A stretch of 64,000 nucleotides of DNA from Candidatus Limnocylindrales bacterium (GTDB taxonomy: Bacteria; Chloroflexota; Limnocylindria; Limnocylindrales; CSP1-4). The notes below the pieces were generated by a model, which did not search any database, was not told where the DNA came from, and saw only the letters and a program-made list of their open reading frames with translations. A program made the position numbers and the translations under genes. Positions within the stretch are counted from its first letter, which is position 1. Each line of letters opens with the position of its first letter. Below, piece by piece: positions 30,979 through 41,434 of this stretch. The DNA is taken from assembly GCA_025450915.1 (NCBI GenBank), contig JANWLH010000039.1:12719-76718 (forward strand), written 5' to 3'.

Positions 30979-32430
30979 TCAGCCCGGCTCGCTGCCCTGC
31001 TCGTCGGCGGTCCGGGCATGGGCCTCGCGCATCGCCCGGATCACCGCGGACTCCTCGAGGCGCATCTCCTCCTCGGCGAGGGCGGCCGCGAGAGCGGCCT
31101 GCAGGGCGTCCAGCTCGACCTCGGCCGGGCCGGGCAGGGCGAGGACGAAGCTCGAGCCCGACTCGAGGACCGAGGTGGCATGAAGGTCGCCGGACATTGC
31201 CCGGGCGAGCTCGCGGGCGATCGGCAGGCCCAGCCCGGTGCCCGGGACCTGCGAATGGCTGGCGATCCGGTAGAAGCGCTCGAAGATCCGGGGCAGGTCC
31301 TCGGCGTCGATTCCCGCCCCGTCGTCGCGGACTGCGATGAGCGCCACCCGGCCCTCGAACCAGGCGGCGATCTCGACCGTGCCGCCGGCGCGGGTGAACT
31401 TCAGGGCATTGCCGGCCAGGTTCGTCAGGATCTGCTCGACCCGCCGGCGGTCGCCGACCGCCGCCCGCATCCTGGGCGGGAGGTCGGCGCGGAGCTCGAC
31501 CCCCCGTTTCTGGGCGATCGGGCGGAGGGCGCCGATGACCCGCCGCGAGACATCGGCGATCGAAAACGGCTCGAGTTCGAGGGCCAGGTTGCCGGCTTCG
31601 ATCCGGCTCATCTCGAGCAGGTCTCCGACAAGCCCGCTCATCGTCTCCACGATCTCGCGGCTCCGATCGAGGAACTCACTCCGGATCATCGGATCCTGGA
31701 CGCGCCCGTCGGCGATCAGCTCGAGGTACCCGGCGAGGCCGGTCAAGGGCGTGCGCAGGTCATGGGCGACGGTCGACACGTAGCGCTCGCGCTCGCGGTC
31801 ACGGGCCGCCAGGTCGGCGGCCTGGCGCTCGCCCGCCATCTGGTCAGTAACCAGGGCAAGGGCTACCGCGGCATGGCGCGCAATCTGGCTGGGAAGCCGC
31901 TCGCCGACGTGCTCGACCGCCGCTGCCGAGGCCAGCTCGAAACCGAGCACAACCCGGCCGCTGCTCGGAATCTCGACCCAGGCGTAGTGCTGGGCGGCAG
32001 TCGCCGACCGGCCGGCCGGCGGTTTGCCCGCCGGTGCGCCCTGGACGACGGTGATCGCGGCCGGGGCCCCGGCAGCCCGCTCGGCCCGTGAACCGGGACC
32101 CCGGGCGTCGAGCCAGGCGGCCAGGGCAAGCGCGTCGGCGGGATCCTCGTCCTCGCCCGCCACGACGGCGATGCGCCGGTTTGGAGCCATCGACAGGACG
32201 GCGGCCCGCCGGGCGCCGACCGTGTCGGCGAGCAGCTCGAGGAGGGCGGCGAGTCGGGCCTCGGCGGCCCGGTCCGAGACGAGGATGTCGAGCGAGCGGG
32301 CGAGGAGCGTCGTCTCGCGCCAGGCCAGCTGGTCTTCGAGCCGGCGGGCGGCGACGCGTCGCTCGGTGAATTGAGGTGGCGCGCCGATCGTTGGCCCCTG
32401 CTGCGGGCGCCGAGCCGCCTGGTCAGTCAT
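30979..32430 (-). CDS. Sensor histidine kinase (HisKA + HATPase_c); no cognate response regulator nearby
   Basis: H-box ..VSTVAHDLRTPLTGLAGYLELI... N, G1 and G2 boxes ..LTNLAGNALKFT.., ..DDGAGI.., ..GTGLGL... Confidence 0.85.
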   Translation of the reverse strand: MTDQAARRPQQGPTIGAPPQFTERRVAARRLEDQLAWRETTLLARSLDILVSDRAAEARLAALLELLADTVGARRAAVLSMAPNRRIAVVAGEDEDPADALALAAWLDARGPGSRAERAAGAPAAITVVQGAPAGKPPAGRSATAAQHYAWVEIPSSGRVVLGFELASAAAVEHVGERLPSQIARHAAVALALVTDQMAGERQAADLAARDRERERYVSTVAHDLRTPLTGLAGYLELIADGRVQDPMIRSEFLDRSREIVETMSGLVGDLLEMSRIEAGNLALELEPFSIADVSRRVIGALRPIAQKRGVELRADLPPRMRAAVGDRRRVEQILTNLAGNALKFTRAGGTVEIAAWFEGRVALIAVRDDGAGIDAEDLPRIFERFYRIASHSQVPGTGLGLPIARELARAMSGDLHATSVLESGSSFVLALPGPAEVELDALQAALAAALAEEEMRLEESAVIRAMREAHARTADEQGSEPG

Positions 32431-32517
32431 CGCACGGATCCTTGCAGGATGACGCGCCGCCGACGTTGACCCGAACGTCCTGAACCGGGGCGTGGCGCGC
32501 CGGCAGCTCGGGACCGG

Positions 32518-32907
32518 TCAAGCCGGGCGGCCGGCTCCGCGGACCGGGCGGCCCAGCGTTCGCCTGACGACGTCCACGACCTCGTCGACATAGGCGTCGG
32601 ACTCACCCCGCTCGGCCGCGCTCCGCACGCACCCCCGAACATGGTCCTCGAGGATCAGGATCCCGACCGAATCGAGTGCCGCCCGCAGGGCTGCGGTCTG
32701 CTGGAGGATGTCCACGCAGTACTCCTCACGCTCGATCATCCGGGCGATCCCCCGGACCTGGCCCTCGATCCGGCTGAGGCGCCGGACAAGATTGGCCTTG
32801 TCCTTCGAATAGCTGTGACGGAAGTGGTCGGCGGGCTCGGTCCCGGGGCGGGCGTGGGTCGCGCCGGCCGGCGTGGCGGCCTTGGCGGGGCGGGCTGTCG
32901 TCGGCAT
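32518..32907 (-). CDS. csoR: CsoR/RcnR-family (DUF156) metal-sensing transcriptional repressor
   Basis: ..LVRRLSRIEGQVRGIARMIEREEYCVDILQQTAALRAALDSVGILILEDHVRGCV.. carries the family signature and a W-X-Y-Z-type Cys/His set. ~35-aa N-terminal extension. Confidence 0.8.
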   Translation of the reverse strand: MPTTARPAKAATPAGATHARPGTEPADHFRHSYSKDKANLVRRLSRIEGQVRGIARMIEREEYCVDILQQTAALRAALDSVGILILEDHVRGCVRSAAERGESDAYVDEVVDVVRRTLGRPVRGAGRPA

Positions 32908-32918
32908 GGTCCCATCAT

Positions 32919-32937
32919 GATACCCCCCAGGGGTATC
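32919..32937. promoter_or_regulatory. CsoR-type operator: perfect 8-3-8 palindrome GATACCCC-CCA-GGGGTATC
   Basis: Direct reading, 12 bp upstream of the csoR start codon. Matches the GC-rich TACCC...GGGTA pseudo-palindromes bound by CsoR/RicR-family repressors. Confidence 0.6.
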
Positions 32938-32997
32938 GGCGGCGAGCGTCGCAACGCTTCTTCGCCAACCCGCCCGAGTGGGCTAGACTGACCGCCG

Positions 32998-33606
32998 ATG
33001 GATCAGCGCGACGATGCCCCGGACGCCCAGCGTTCGACCGACGCCGGCCCCGCGTTCGCCCACGTCAGCGAAGCCGAGTTCGCCCGGATCCTCGACTATT
33101 ACCAGGTCCGCTGGGAGTACGAGCCGCACACGTTCCCGATCCTCTGGAACATGTCAGGCGACCTCCTCGAGAGCTTCTCGCCGGACTTCTTCCTGCCGGA
33201 GCTCGACCTGTACGTCGAGCTCACCACGCTCCGTCAGAAGCTCGTGCGCAAGAAGAACCGCAAGCTGCGCCGGCTGCGCGAGCTGTACCCCGAGCTGCGG
33301 ATCAAGCTGTTCTACGCTCGCGACTTCCGCGCCCTGATGCTCAAGTACGGCCGGCTCGAGCTGGCCGAGGAGCTGAGCGGAACGGCCGGCCACGTCACGC
33401 CGTCACGCTCGGCCGCATCGATGCTGGCCGGGCCGTTCGGCGCCGACCGGATCGCGGCGGCCGCCGTGCAGGCCGACCTGGCCTCGGCTGCCCTCGCTCC
33501 GGCCCTCGACCCCCTCGAGCACCCGGCGCCTGTCCATCATCGCCGCCGGCGTCGCGGAGCGGCCCGCAGCGCGACCGCGGCTGAGCGCGCCAGGGCCGGC
33601 GCATGA
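32998..33606 (+). CDS. Conserved hypothetical protein
   Basis: 202 aa. Non-biased N-terminal 130 aa (..EFARILDYYQVRWEYEPHTFPI..FSPDFFLPELDLYVELTTLRQK..) followed by an Ala/Arg-rich tail. Stop overlaps the hpt start. Confidence 0.5.
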   Translation: MDQRDDAPDAQRSTDAGPAFAHVSEAEFARILDYYQVRWEYEPHTFPILWNMSGDLLESFSPDFFLPELDLYVELTTLRQKLVRKKNRKLRRLRELYPELRIKLFYARDFRALMLKYGRLELAEELSGTAGHVTPSRSAASMLAGPFGADRIAAAAVQADLASAALAPALDPLEHPAPVHHRRRRRGAARSATAAERARAGA

Positions 33607-34241
33607 AGGTGCCGATCGACCTGCAGGGCGACGTTGCCGAGGTCCTCGTCTCCGAGGACCAGATCCAGGCCAAGGTCCTCGAGCTCGGGGCGCGGATCAG
33701 CGCCGATTACGCCGGCCGCCAGCTGACCCTGGTGAGCGTCCTCAAGGGCTCCCTGCCGTTCATGGCCGACCTGATGCGCTCGATCACCGTGCCGGTCCGG
33801 ATCGACCTGATGGAGGTCTCGTCGTACGGCGGCTCTTCGACCGAGTCGTCGGGCCTCGTGCGGATCCTCAAGGACCTCTCGGCAAGCATCGCCGACGAGC
33901 ACGTCCTCCTCGTCGAGGACATCATCGACACGGGCCTGACCCTCAACTACCTCGTCCGCTACCTGCGCGGCAAGAGCCCGGCCTCGCTGCGCATCTGCAC
34001 CCTCCTCGACAAGCCGGCACGGCGGCTCGTGGAGATCCCCGTCGACTACACCGGCTTCACGATCGACGATCGATTCGTCGTCGGCTACGGCCTCGACTTC
34101 GGTGAGTTCTACCGGAACCTGCGCTACGTCGGCGTCCTTCGCCCGGAGGTCTATTCGACGCCGCCGGTCGCCGATGCGGGCCCGGCCGTCGAGCCTGGTC
34201 CACCCGGGGATCCGGTCGCCGCCGCCGAAACCGGGGCGTAG
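33603..34241 (+). CDS. hpt: Hypoxanthine-guanine phosphoribosyltransferase
   Basis: PRT motif HVLLVEDIIDTGLTL and ..VGYGLDF.. are typical of Hpt. Confidence 0.9.
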   Translation: MKVPIDLQGDVAEVLVSEDQIQAKVLELGARISADYAGRQLTLVSVLKGSLPFMADLMRSITVPVRIDLMEVSSYGGSSTESSGLVRILKDLSASIADEHVLLVEDIIDTGLTLNYLVRYLRGKSPASLRICTLLDKPARRLVEIPVDYTGFTIDDRFVVGYGLDFGEFYRNLRYVGVLRPEVYSTPPVADAGPAVEPGPPGDPVAAAETGA

Positions 34242-34256
34242 CCGAGTGGCAGCCCG

Positions 34257-34706
34257 ATGACGATGCATCGACGGCCGCTGGGCATGGGCCGGCTGATGGC
34301 GGCGGGCGGCGCGATCCTCATCCTGCTCGCCTCGTTCCTCGCCTGGTACACGGCCGGCGGCGACACCGGCGGCCTCAGCCCGATCTCGTGCAACGCGTTC
34401 GACGGACGCTGCGGTACGGCCGGCGGGATGATCGACTTCATCATCGCCCTGCTCGTTCTCGGGCTCGTGGCGCTGCCGTACGCGATCGGCGACCGGCCGG
34501 TGGCGGTCGATCGCGGGCTGAGCTTCGGCCTGCTCACGCTCCTCGGCTGGCTGGCCCTGCTGTACGCCCTCTTCTCGTTCCTGACCCAGGGCGACCTTAC
34601 CGGCCTGCGACCCGATCGGGCGCCCGGTGCCTGGCTGGCCGTCATCGGCCTGATCGTCCTGTCCCGGGCCACCTACCTGATCAGCCGCGGCGGCGACCGG
34701 GTCTAG
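34257..34706 (+). CDS. Hypothetical membrane protein (4 predicted TM helices)
   Basis: Hydrophobic segments LMAAGGAILILLASFLAWY, IDFIIALLVLGLVALPYAI, LLTLLGWLALLYALFSFL, AWLAVIGLIVL. Confidence 0.5.
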   Translation: MTMHRRPLGMGRLMAAGGAILILLASFLAWYTAGGDTGGLSPISCNAFDGRCGTAGGMIDFIIALLVLGLVALPYAIGDRPVAVDRGLSFGLLTLLGWLALLYALFSFLTQGDLTGLRPDRAPGAWLAVIGLIVLSRATYLISRGGDRV

Positions 34707-34733
34707 GTCTCGTCCCGAGCCGGCCCGCGGGCC

Positions 34734-35405
34734 TCACAGGATCTGGACGGCGAACCACTCCTCGCTCCCGGGCTTCGTCGCCAGGTGGATTCCGAACACA
34801 TACGTCGCCAGCGGCCAGGCGCCAGTAGACGGCAGCGAGCTCGCGAGGAGTGCCGGCGGTCCGTAGATCACCCCGGTGTCCGGATCGCTGGGCGCCGCCC
34901 CGGGCTCCGGTGCGAGGAGGACGGGCTGGGCACTGCCACCCGGACGGAGCCGCCAGGCCTGGGTGCCCAGGATGTGGGTCGGGCCCGGCCGGCTGATGCT
35001 GCAGTAGCCGAGCTCGCCGATCGAGGTCGAATGGATCCGGACCACCTCGATCCGCGGATCGGTCGGCCCGCTGGCCTCGAGTGGCTGGAGGCCGTACCAG
35101 GTCCGGACCGGGCCGATGTCGGTCGTCTCGGCCGTGAACAGGCGCCAGGCCAGCCCCCACGAGCATGGACCGCCGTCACCGCTGCTGGCAGCCGGGCCGG
35201 CGGCCGCGACGCCGACCGGCGCGGGAGTTGCGGCCGTGGGCGCCGTGGGCCGCCCGGCGGCGACCGGCGCGGGCCCCGGCTGCGGCTCGCCGCCCCATGG
35301 CTTGAGCACGCCGAACGCGAGGACCGCGACGATCAAGGCGGCCACCGCCAGGGGCCGGCCGTTGCCGCCGGCCGGAGCCAGTCTGACTCGGTTCGGGACG
35401 GTCAT
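34734..35405 (-). CDS. Hypothetical membrane-anchored/secreted Pro/Ala-rich protein
   Basis: N-terminal TM/signal LAVAALIVAVLAFGV, then a Pro/Ala-rich linker and a C-terminal globular region. No motif recognised. Confidence 0.4.
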   Translation of the reverse strand: MTVPNRVRLAPAGGNGRPLAVAALIVAVLAFGVLKPWGGEPQPGPAPVAAGRPTAPTAATPAPVGVAAAGPAASSGDGGPCSWGLAWRLFTAETTDIGPVRTWYGLQPLEASGPTDPRIEVVRIHSTSIGELGYCSISRPGPTHILGTQAWRLRPGGSAQPVLLAPEPGAAPSDPDTGVIYGPPALLASSLPSTGAWPLATYVFGIHLATKPGSEEWFAVQIL

Positions 35406-35432
35406 CGAGACCGTCAGTCTACTCGGGGTCTC

Positions 35433-36722
35433 CTACGGCTGGCCCGCGCCGGCCGGGCTCAACCAGGCGGTTGCCTGGTAGGCGTCCGGGGCGCCGCGGT
35501 CCCCGACCAGGATCACCTTGTCGTTCCAGGCTGTCGCGGCGTTGACCTCGTTGTCGAGGAACTCCGGACCGTCGGGCACCCGCTTCCAGGCGAGCCCGTC
35601 CGACGATGTCCAGATGGCCGCCTCGCCGTACTGGACGCCGGCGTCGAGCGTGCCCGCGACGACGACGCCGCCCAGGCCGGCGGTCACGGCGTACATCCGG
35701 ACCTGGATCCCGACCCGGCCGAAGATCGGATCGGCCGGCGTCCGCTGCCAGCTGCGGCCGTCCTTCGAGATCCACATGATGCCGGTGTCGCCCTTGAGAT
35801 CCTCGCCGACGGCCACGAAGCCGATCGACGGGACGCTGGCGACCGCCCGCAGCCGGCCGCCGTCGAAGATCCGGCCCTCGAGGACCCGGCTCCAGCTCAG
35901 GCCGTCTTTCGAAGTCCAGATGATCGGCGGTCCGGGCGTATCGGCCGGTCCGGTCTGGCCGACGGCCACGAGGCCCGCCGGTCCCGCGGCGACGCCCCAC
36001 ACCCGGGCGTCATGGAAGCTCGGCGAGTCCGTGGCCTGCTTCCAGGTCAGGCCATCGGGCGAGACCCACAGTGCCGCATCGGCCGAGAAGAACTCGTTGC
36101 CCTTGTAGCCGCCGGCCACGAACCCGCCCTTCCATGGGGTGATCGACGTCAGCCGAAGGGGCGACGCCGAGAACACCGGGCTGGTCACCTTCTGCCAGGT
36201 CGCGGCGTCGGTCGAGGTCCAGGCCGTTGCGCCGTTGCCGTCCCGCCCGACCGCGACGTACCGTCCGCCGTTGACTGCCACGGCGGACAGCAGCGATTGG
36301 GCCGGGAAGCTACCGGTGAAGGTCCACGTCGATCCATCCGTGGACCGCCAGCTCGCGCCGCTGAAATCCTGGAGGACCCAGCCGACGGCAACCAGTCCCG
36401 CGGGCCCGGCGGTCACGCCGGTCATGAGCGTGTCGATGGCCGGGTGGCAGGGAGCGCAGCCGCGAGTGATCACGACGCCCGTCTGGGGGGTCATGAAGCC
36501 GTCGGGCTGCTCGATGTTCGGGGCCCGCAACCAGGCCGATGGATCGATGCTGGCCGGCGCCGTGCTGGCCGATGGGGCGGGTGCGATGGACCCGGCTGGG
36601 GCACTGGCAACGGGAACGGAAGTCGGCGAGGCGATCGGTGTGGCGGTCGGCGCCGGGCTCGCGCAGGCCGAGACCAGGAGCGCGACGACGACGACGAGGG
36701 TCGCTGCGGTGGCTCGTGTCAC
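35433..36722 (-). CDS. Lipoprotein with six BNR/Asp-box (S-x-D-x-G-x-T-W) repeats, predicted beta-propeller
   Basis: Lipobox LLVSAC. Repeats STDGSTWTF, TSTDAATWQ, VSPDGLTWK, TSKDGLSWS, ISKDGRSWQ, TSSDGLAWK. Confidence 0.7.
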   Translation of the reverse strand: MTRATAATLVVVVALLVSACASPAPTATPIASPTSVPVASAPAGSIAPAPSASTAPASIDPSAWLRAPNIEQPDGFMTPQTGVVITRGCAPCHPAIDTLMTGVTAGPAGLVAVGWVLQDFSGASWRSTDGSTWTFTGSFPAQSLLSAVAVNGGRYVAVGRDGNGATAWTSTDAATWQKVTSPVFSASPLRLTSITPWKGGFVAGGYKGNEFFSADAALWVSPDGLTWKQATDSPSFHDARVWGVAAGPAGLVAVGQTGPADTPGPPIIWTSKDGLSWSRVLEGRIFDGGRLRAVASVPSIGFVAVGEDLKGDTGIMWISKDGRSWQRTPADPIFGRVGIQVRMYAVTAGLGGVVVAGTLDAGVQYGEAAIWTSSDGLAWKRVPDGPEFLDNEVNAATAWNDKVILVGDRGAPDAYQATAWLSPAGAGQP

Positions 36723-36790
36723 GAAGGGTCGACCTCCGGTTCCTGTGACCGACGGGGCCAGTCTAGCGTCTGGGCTACGAACGGTACGAC

Positions 36791-37456
36791 ATGGTCAATC
36801 ATCGTGCAAGACCATTACCATGTGCGCGTGCCACTACCGAGGCCAACGCATTGAGCCGGATCGGTCCACGCGAGCCGGGCATCGTCGAGCTCACGCCCCG
36901 GCGGTCCCTGACCGACCTTCTGTGGGTCGCCAACACGCGTCACGGTCCGGGCGGCCACTGGTTCGCGAGGGTCGTCGAGGACAGCGGTGACCACGATCAC
37001 CTGGGCCAGCCGGGCAGTGCCGTCAAGTACCTCGCCGACCACAAGGTCGAGCTGCCCGCCGCGGAGGTCACGGCCGCTGACCTGCGGGCGCTCGACGCGA
37101 TCCGGGAGATGGTCCGCGGCCTCCTCGACCCGGCGCAGGGTTGGACGCCGGCAGCCCGGGCGATCCTGGAGCAAACCCGCTTTCGGATCGATGCGGACCG
37201 TCGCCTGGCGGCCGAGGGCGCCGGCTGGGCCGGCTTCGCCGGCGACCTGATGGTCCCGCTCATCCAGCTCGTCGAGATCCGCGACCGCCTGCAGATCTGC
37301 GCCAATCCGCTGTGCCGGCTGATCTTCCTCGACCTGTCGAAGAACAGGGCTCGCCAGTGGTGCGACAACGGCGGCTGCGGCAACCGCGTCCGGGTGCGGC
37401 GCTACCGGACGAAACAGCGGGCGACCGAGGCGCCGGGCAGCTACTCCCCGAGATAG
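36791..37456 (+). CDS. CGNR zinc-finger / ABATE domain protein (putative stress-responsive regulator)
   Basis: C-terminal CANPLCRLIFLDLSKNRARQWCDNGGCGNRVRVRRYR is the CGNR zinc-ribbon signature. Confidence 0.75.
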   Translation: MVNHRARPLPCARATTEANALSRIGPREPGIVELTPRRSLTDLLWVANTRHGPGGHWFARVVEDSGDHDHLGQPGSAVKYLADHKVELPAAEVTAADLRALDAIREMVRGLLDPAQGWTPAARAILEQTRFRIDADRRLAAEGAGWAGFAGDLMVPLIQLVEIRDRLQICANPLCRLIFLDLSKNRARQWCDNGGCGNRVRVRRYRTKQRATEAPGSYSPR

Positions 37457-38207
37457 GCCTTGCGGACCATCTCGTTCTCGCGGAGGTCCGCCGAGGCGCC
37501 CGACAGGGCGACATGGCCGGTCTGGAGGACGTAGCCACGGTTGGCCACGATCAGCGCCTGGAGGGCGTTCTGCTCGACGAGCAGGATCGTGGTCCCGCTG
37601 GAGTTGATCTCCTGGATGATCGCGAAGATCTGCTGGACGAGGATGGGCGAGAGGCCGAGCGAAGGCTCGTCGAGGAGGAGGACCCGCGGGCGGGCCATCA
37701 TCGCCCGGCCGATCGCGAGCATCTGCTGCTCGCCGCCCGACAGGCTGCCGCCGCGCTGGCTGATCCGCTCCTTGAGCCGCGGGAAGAGCTCGAAGACGTG
37801 GTCGAGGTCGCCCTGGATCTCGTCCTGGGGACGGGTGAAGGCGCCCATCTTGAGGTTCTCGAGGATCGTCAGCCTCGAGAAGATCCGGCGGCCCTCCGGT
37901 GAATGGCCGATCCCTGCCCGGACGAGCTGGTGGGCCGGGGTCCGGGAGATGTCCTTGCCCTCGAAGCTGATCTTGCCCTGGCGTGGGTGGAGGAGCCCGG
38001 AGATCGTCTTGAGGGTCGTCGTCTTGCCGGCCCCGTTGGCCCCGATCAGGGTCACGATCTCGCCGCGGCGAACCTCCAGCGAGACGCCCTGGAGGGCGTG
38101 GATCTGGCCGTAGTAGGTATGGACGTCCTCGAGCCGCAGTAGGATGTCGTCGGGCGCGGGGCTGGCGCTCGCGCCGGGGGCGATCGCCGTCGTCGTCGGT
38201 GCGCCGG

Positions 38208-38211
<4 letters not shown>
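37441..38211 (-). CDS. livF: Branched-chain amino acid ABC transporter ATP-binding protein (LivF-like)
   Basis: Walker A GANGAGKTT, signature LSGGEQQML, Walker B VLLLDEPS. Confidence 0.85.
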
Positions 38212-39220
<1,009 letters not shown>

Positions 39221-39224
<4 letters not shown>

Positions 39225-40369
39225 TGGCCGAGCGCCTCGGTCGGCGGCGGGATGTCCGAGATATCTTCGGAGTCCACGTGGAGCTCCTCCCGTCTCCGGC
39301 TGCTCGGGAAGAGGCCTTCGGGGCGCAGCAGCATCATCGCGACCAGGGCGATGCCGTACAGCAGGTACTGGTACTGGACGAAGTCGATGTTCTGGAGGAT
39401 CGGTGCGTGGATCGCCTGGAAGAACTGGTTGAGCTCCTTGAGGAGGACGGCCTGGATCGTGTAGATCACGAACGCGCCGGTGGCCACGCCCCAGATGTTG
39501 CCCATGCCGCCGAGGACGACCATCGCCAGGACGGTGAACGAGACCTGGAAGCCGAACTGGCCCGGCCCGACGAACGTCAGCTTCGACGTCGCGAAGACGC
39601 CCGCAAGGCCGGCGGTCGATGCGCCGAGGGCGAAGGCCAGCAGCTTCGTCGTGATCGTGTTGATCCCGCTGCTCGCCGCGGCGAGCTCGTCCTCGCGGAT
39701 CGCCATCCAGGCGCGGCCCAGCCGTGATCCCTGGAGCCGGTAGAGGAGGACCATCGTGACCGCCAGGATCGCGACCATCGTGATGTAGTAGGGAACCGGG
39801 TTCTCAAGCGTGAAGTTGAAGCCGAACAGCGTCGGCTTGTAGATCCCGCCGATCCCGTTGGTGCCCTTCGTGAACGAGCTGGCGTTCAGGAAGACGGCCG
39901 GCACGATCTCGCCGAAGCCGAGGGTCACGATCGCCAGGTAGTCACCGCGCAGGCGGAGCGTCGGGGCGCCGAGCAGGAGGCCCAGCGTCGCCGCGATCAG
40001 GGCGCCGACGAGGAGCATCGGCCAGAAGGGGATCTGGGTGGCGGTGAACGGCGAGGCCCCGAATGCATAGACGTAGGAGCCGATCGCGAAGAAGGCGGCA
40101 TAACCCAGGTCGAGCAGGCCGGCCAGTCCGACGACGACGTTCAGGCCCATCGCCAGCAGGATGAAGACGCCGGCGTTCGAGAAGCCGTCGATCCACAGCG
40201 ACTGCGGCTGGAACGTGCTCAGTGGCGGGATCAGGACGATCAGCGGCAAGCCGACGGCGATAATCAGCCAGCCGGCGAGGATCGTGATCGAGCGATGGTT
40301 GCGGGCGCTGCTGCGCAGGCGCGCCCAGGGCGAAGGTGATTGCGCCTGGGGCTTGGACACGGCGGTCAT
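39221..40369 (-). CDS. livM: Branched-chain amino acid ABC transporter permease (LivM-like)
   Basis: 382 aa polytopic permease. Operon position between livH and livG. Confidence 0.85.
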
Positions 40370-41352
40370 GCCCGTTCACCGAGCTGCTGGCCGAGCAGGC
40401 CGCTCGGGCGGAAGACGAGGACCAGGATCAGCACGGTGAAGACGGCTACCTCCGACCACTGGGTATAGCCGATCACCGTCGCGTAGACCTCGACGAAGGC
40501 GATGACGAAGCCGCCGATCGCGGCGCCCGTCGTGTTGCCGATCCCACCCAGGACCGCGGCCGTGAATGCCTTCAGGCCGACGAAGAAGCCCAGGTCGAAC
40601 TTGATGCTCCCGGCGTACAGGCCCTGGACCATGCCGCCCGCACCGGCCAGGGCGGCCGCGATGAAGAAGGTGATCGCGATCGTCTGGTTGATGTCGACGC
40701 CCATCAGCTCGGCGGCCTCGCGATCCTGGGCCGTCGAGCGCATCGCCCGGCCCAGCCGCGTCCTGCCGATGAACACCTGGAGGGCGATCATCAGGACGAC
40801 CGCCATGATCACGATGAACAGGTTCAGGTAAGCGATTCTCGCGCCCATGAGCGCAAACTTGTCGGCCGGCACGATCTGCGGAAAGTTGACCGGCGACGGT
40901 CCGAAGGCCGTGGCGATGATGTTCTGGAGGATGAACGACACGCCGATCGCCGTGATCAGCGGGGCGAGTCGCGGCGCGTGGCGGAGCGGGCGATAGGCGA
41001 CCCGCTCGATGAACGCCCCGATCAGGCCCATCCCGACCATCGTGGCCAGCATGACGATCGCCAGCAGGCCGACCAGGTTCACGAGGTTGGTCACCGGGCC
41101 GGTCAGCCCGAAGATCGTGGTCATGATCCACATCGCCAGGAACGAGCCGACCATGAACACGTCGCCGTGGGCGAAGTTGATCAACTCCACGATCCCGTAG
41201 ACCATCGTGTAGCCGAGGGCAATCAGGGCGTAGATCGCGCCGAGGGTCAGCGCGTTGGCAAATTGCTGCGTCCCGAGGAGCAGGTACTCGACGATCAGCG
41301 CGACTGCGCCGATGCCGAGCGGACGGGCGAAGCGCGGAAGGTTGACGGTCAT
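40366..41352 (-). CDS. livH: Branched-chain amino acid ABC transporter permease (LivH-like)
   Basis: 328 aa polytopic permease. Conserved ..GLTGPVTNLVN.. and EAA-like loop. Confidence 0.85.
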   Translation of the reverse strand: MTVNLPRFARPLGIGAVALIVEYLLLGTQQFANALTLGAIYALIALGYTMVYGIVELINFAHGDVFMVGSFLAMWIMTTIFGLTGPVTNLVNLVGLLAIVMLATMVGMGLIGAFIERVAYRPLRHAPRLAPLITAIGVSFILQNIIATAFGPSPVNFPQIVPADKFALMGARIAYLNLFIVIMAVVLMIALQVFIGRTRLGRAMRSTAQDREAAELMGVDINQTIAITFFIAAALAGAGGMVQGLYAGSIKFDLGFFVGLKAFTAAVLGGIGNTTGAAIGGFVIAFVEVYATVIGYTQWSEVAVFTVLILVLVFRPSGLLGQQLGERA

Positions 41353-41434
41353 TCGGCAGCCCTGCTTGCGAGGTCTTCCGAGTCTAAAAAGAGGCCGGGG
41401 AGCTTGGAACTCCCCGGCCTCTTGGAACGCTGTG

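Noticed and set aside
32427-32642. 71-aa ORF between csoR and the histidine kinase
   Set aside because: It is Arg/Ser/Gly-rich, largely overlaps the csoR 3' region and kinase start region, and has no SD. It is probably spurious.
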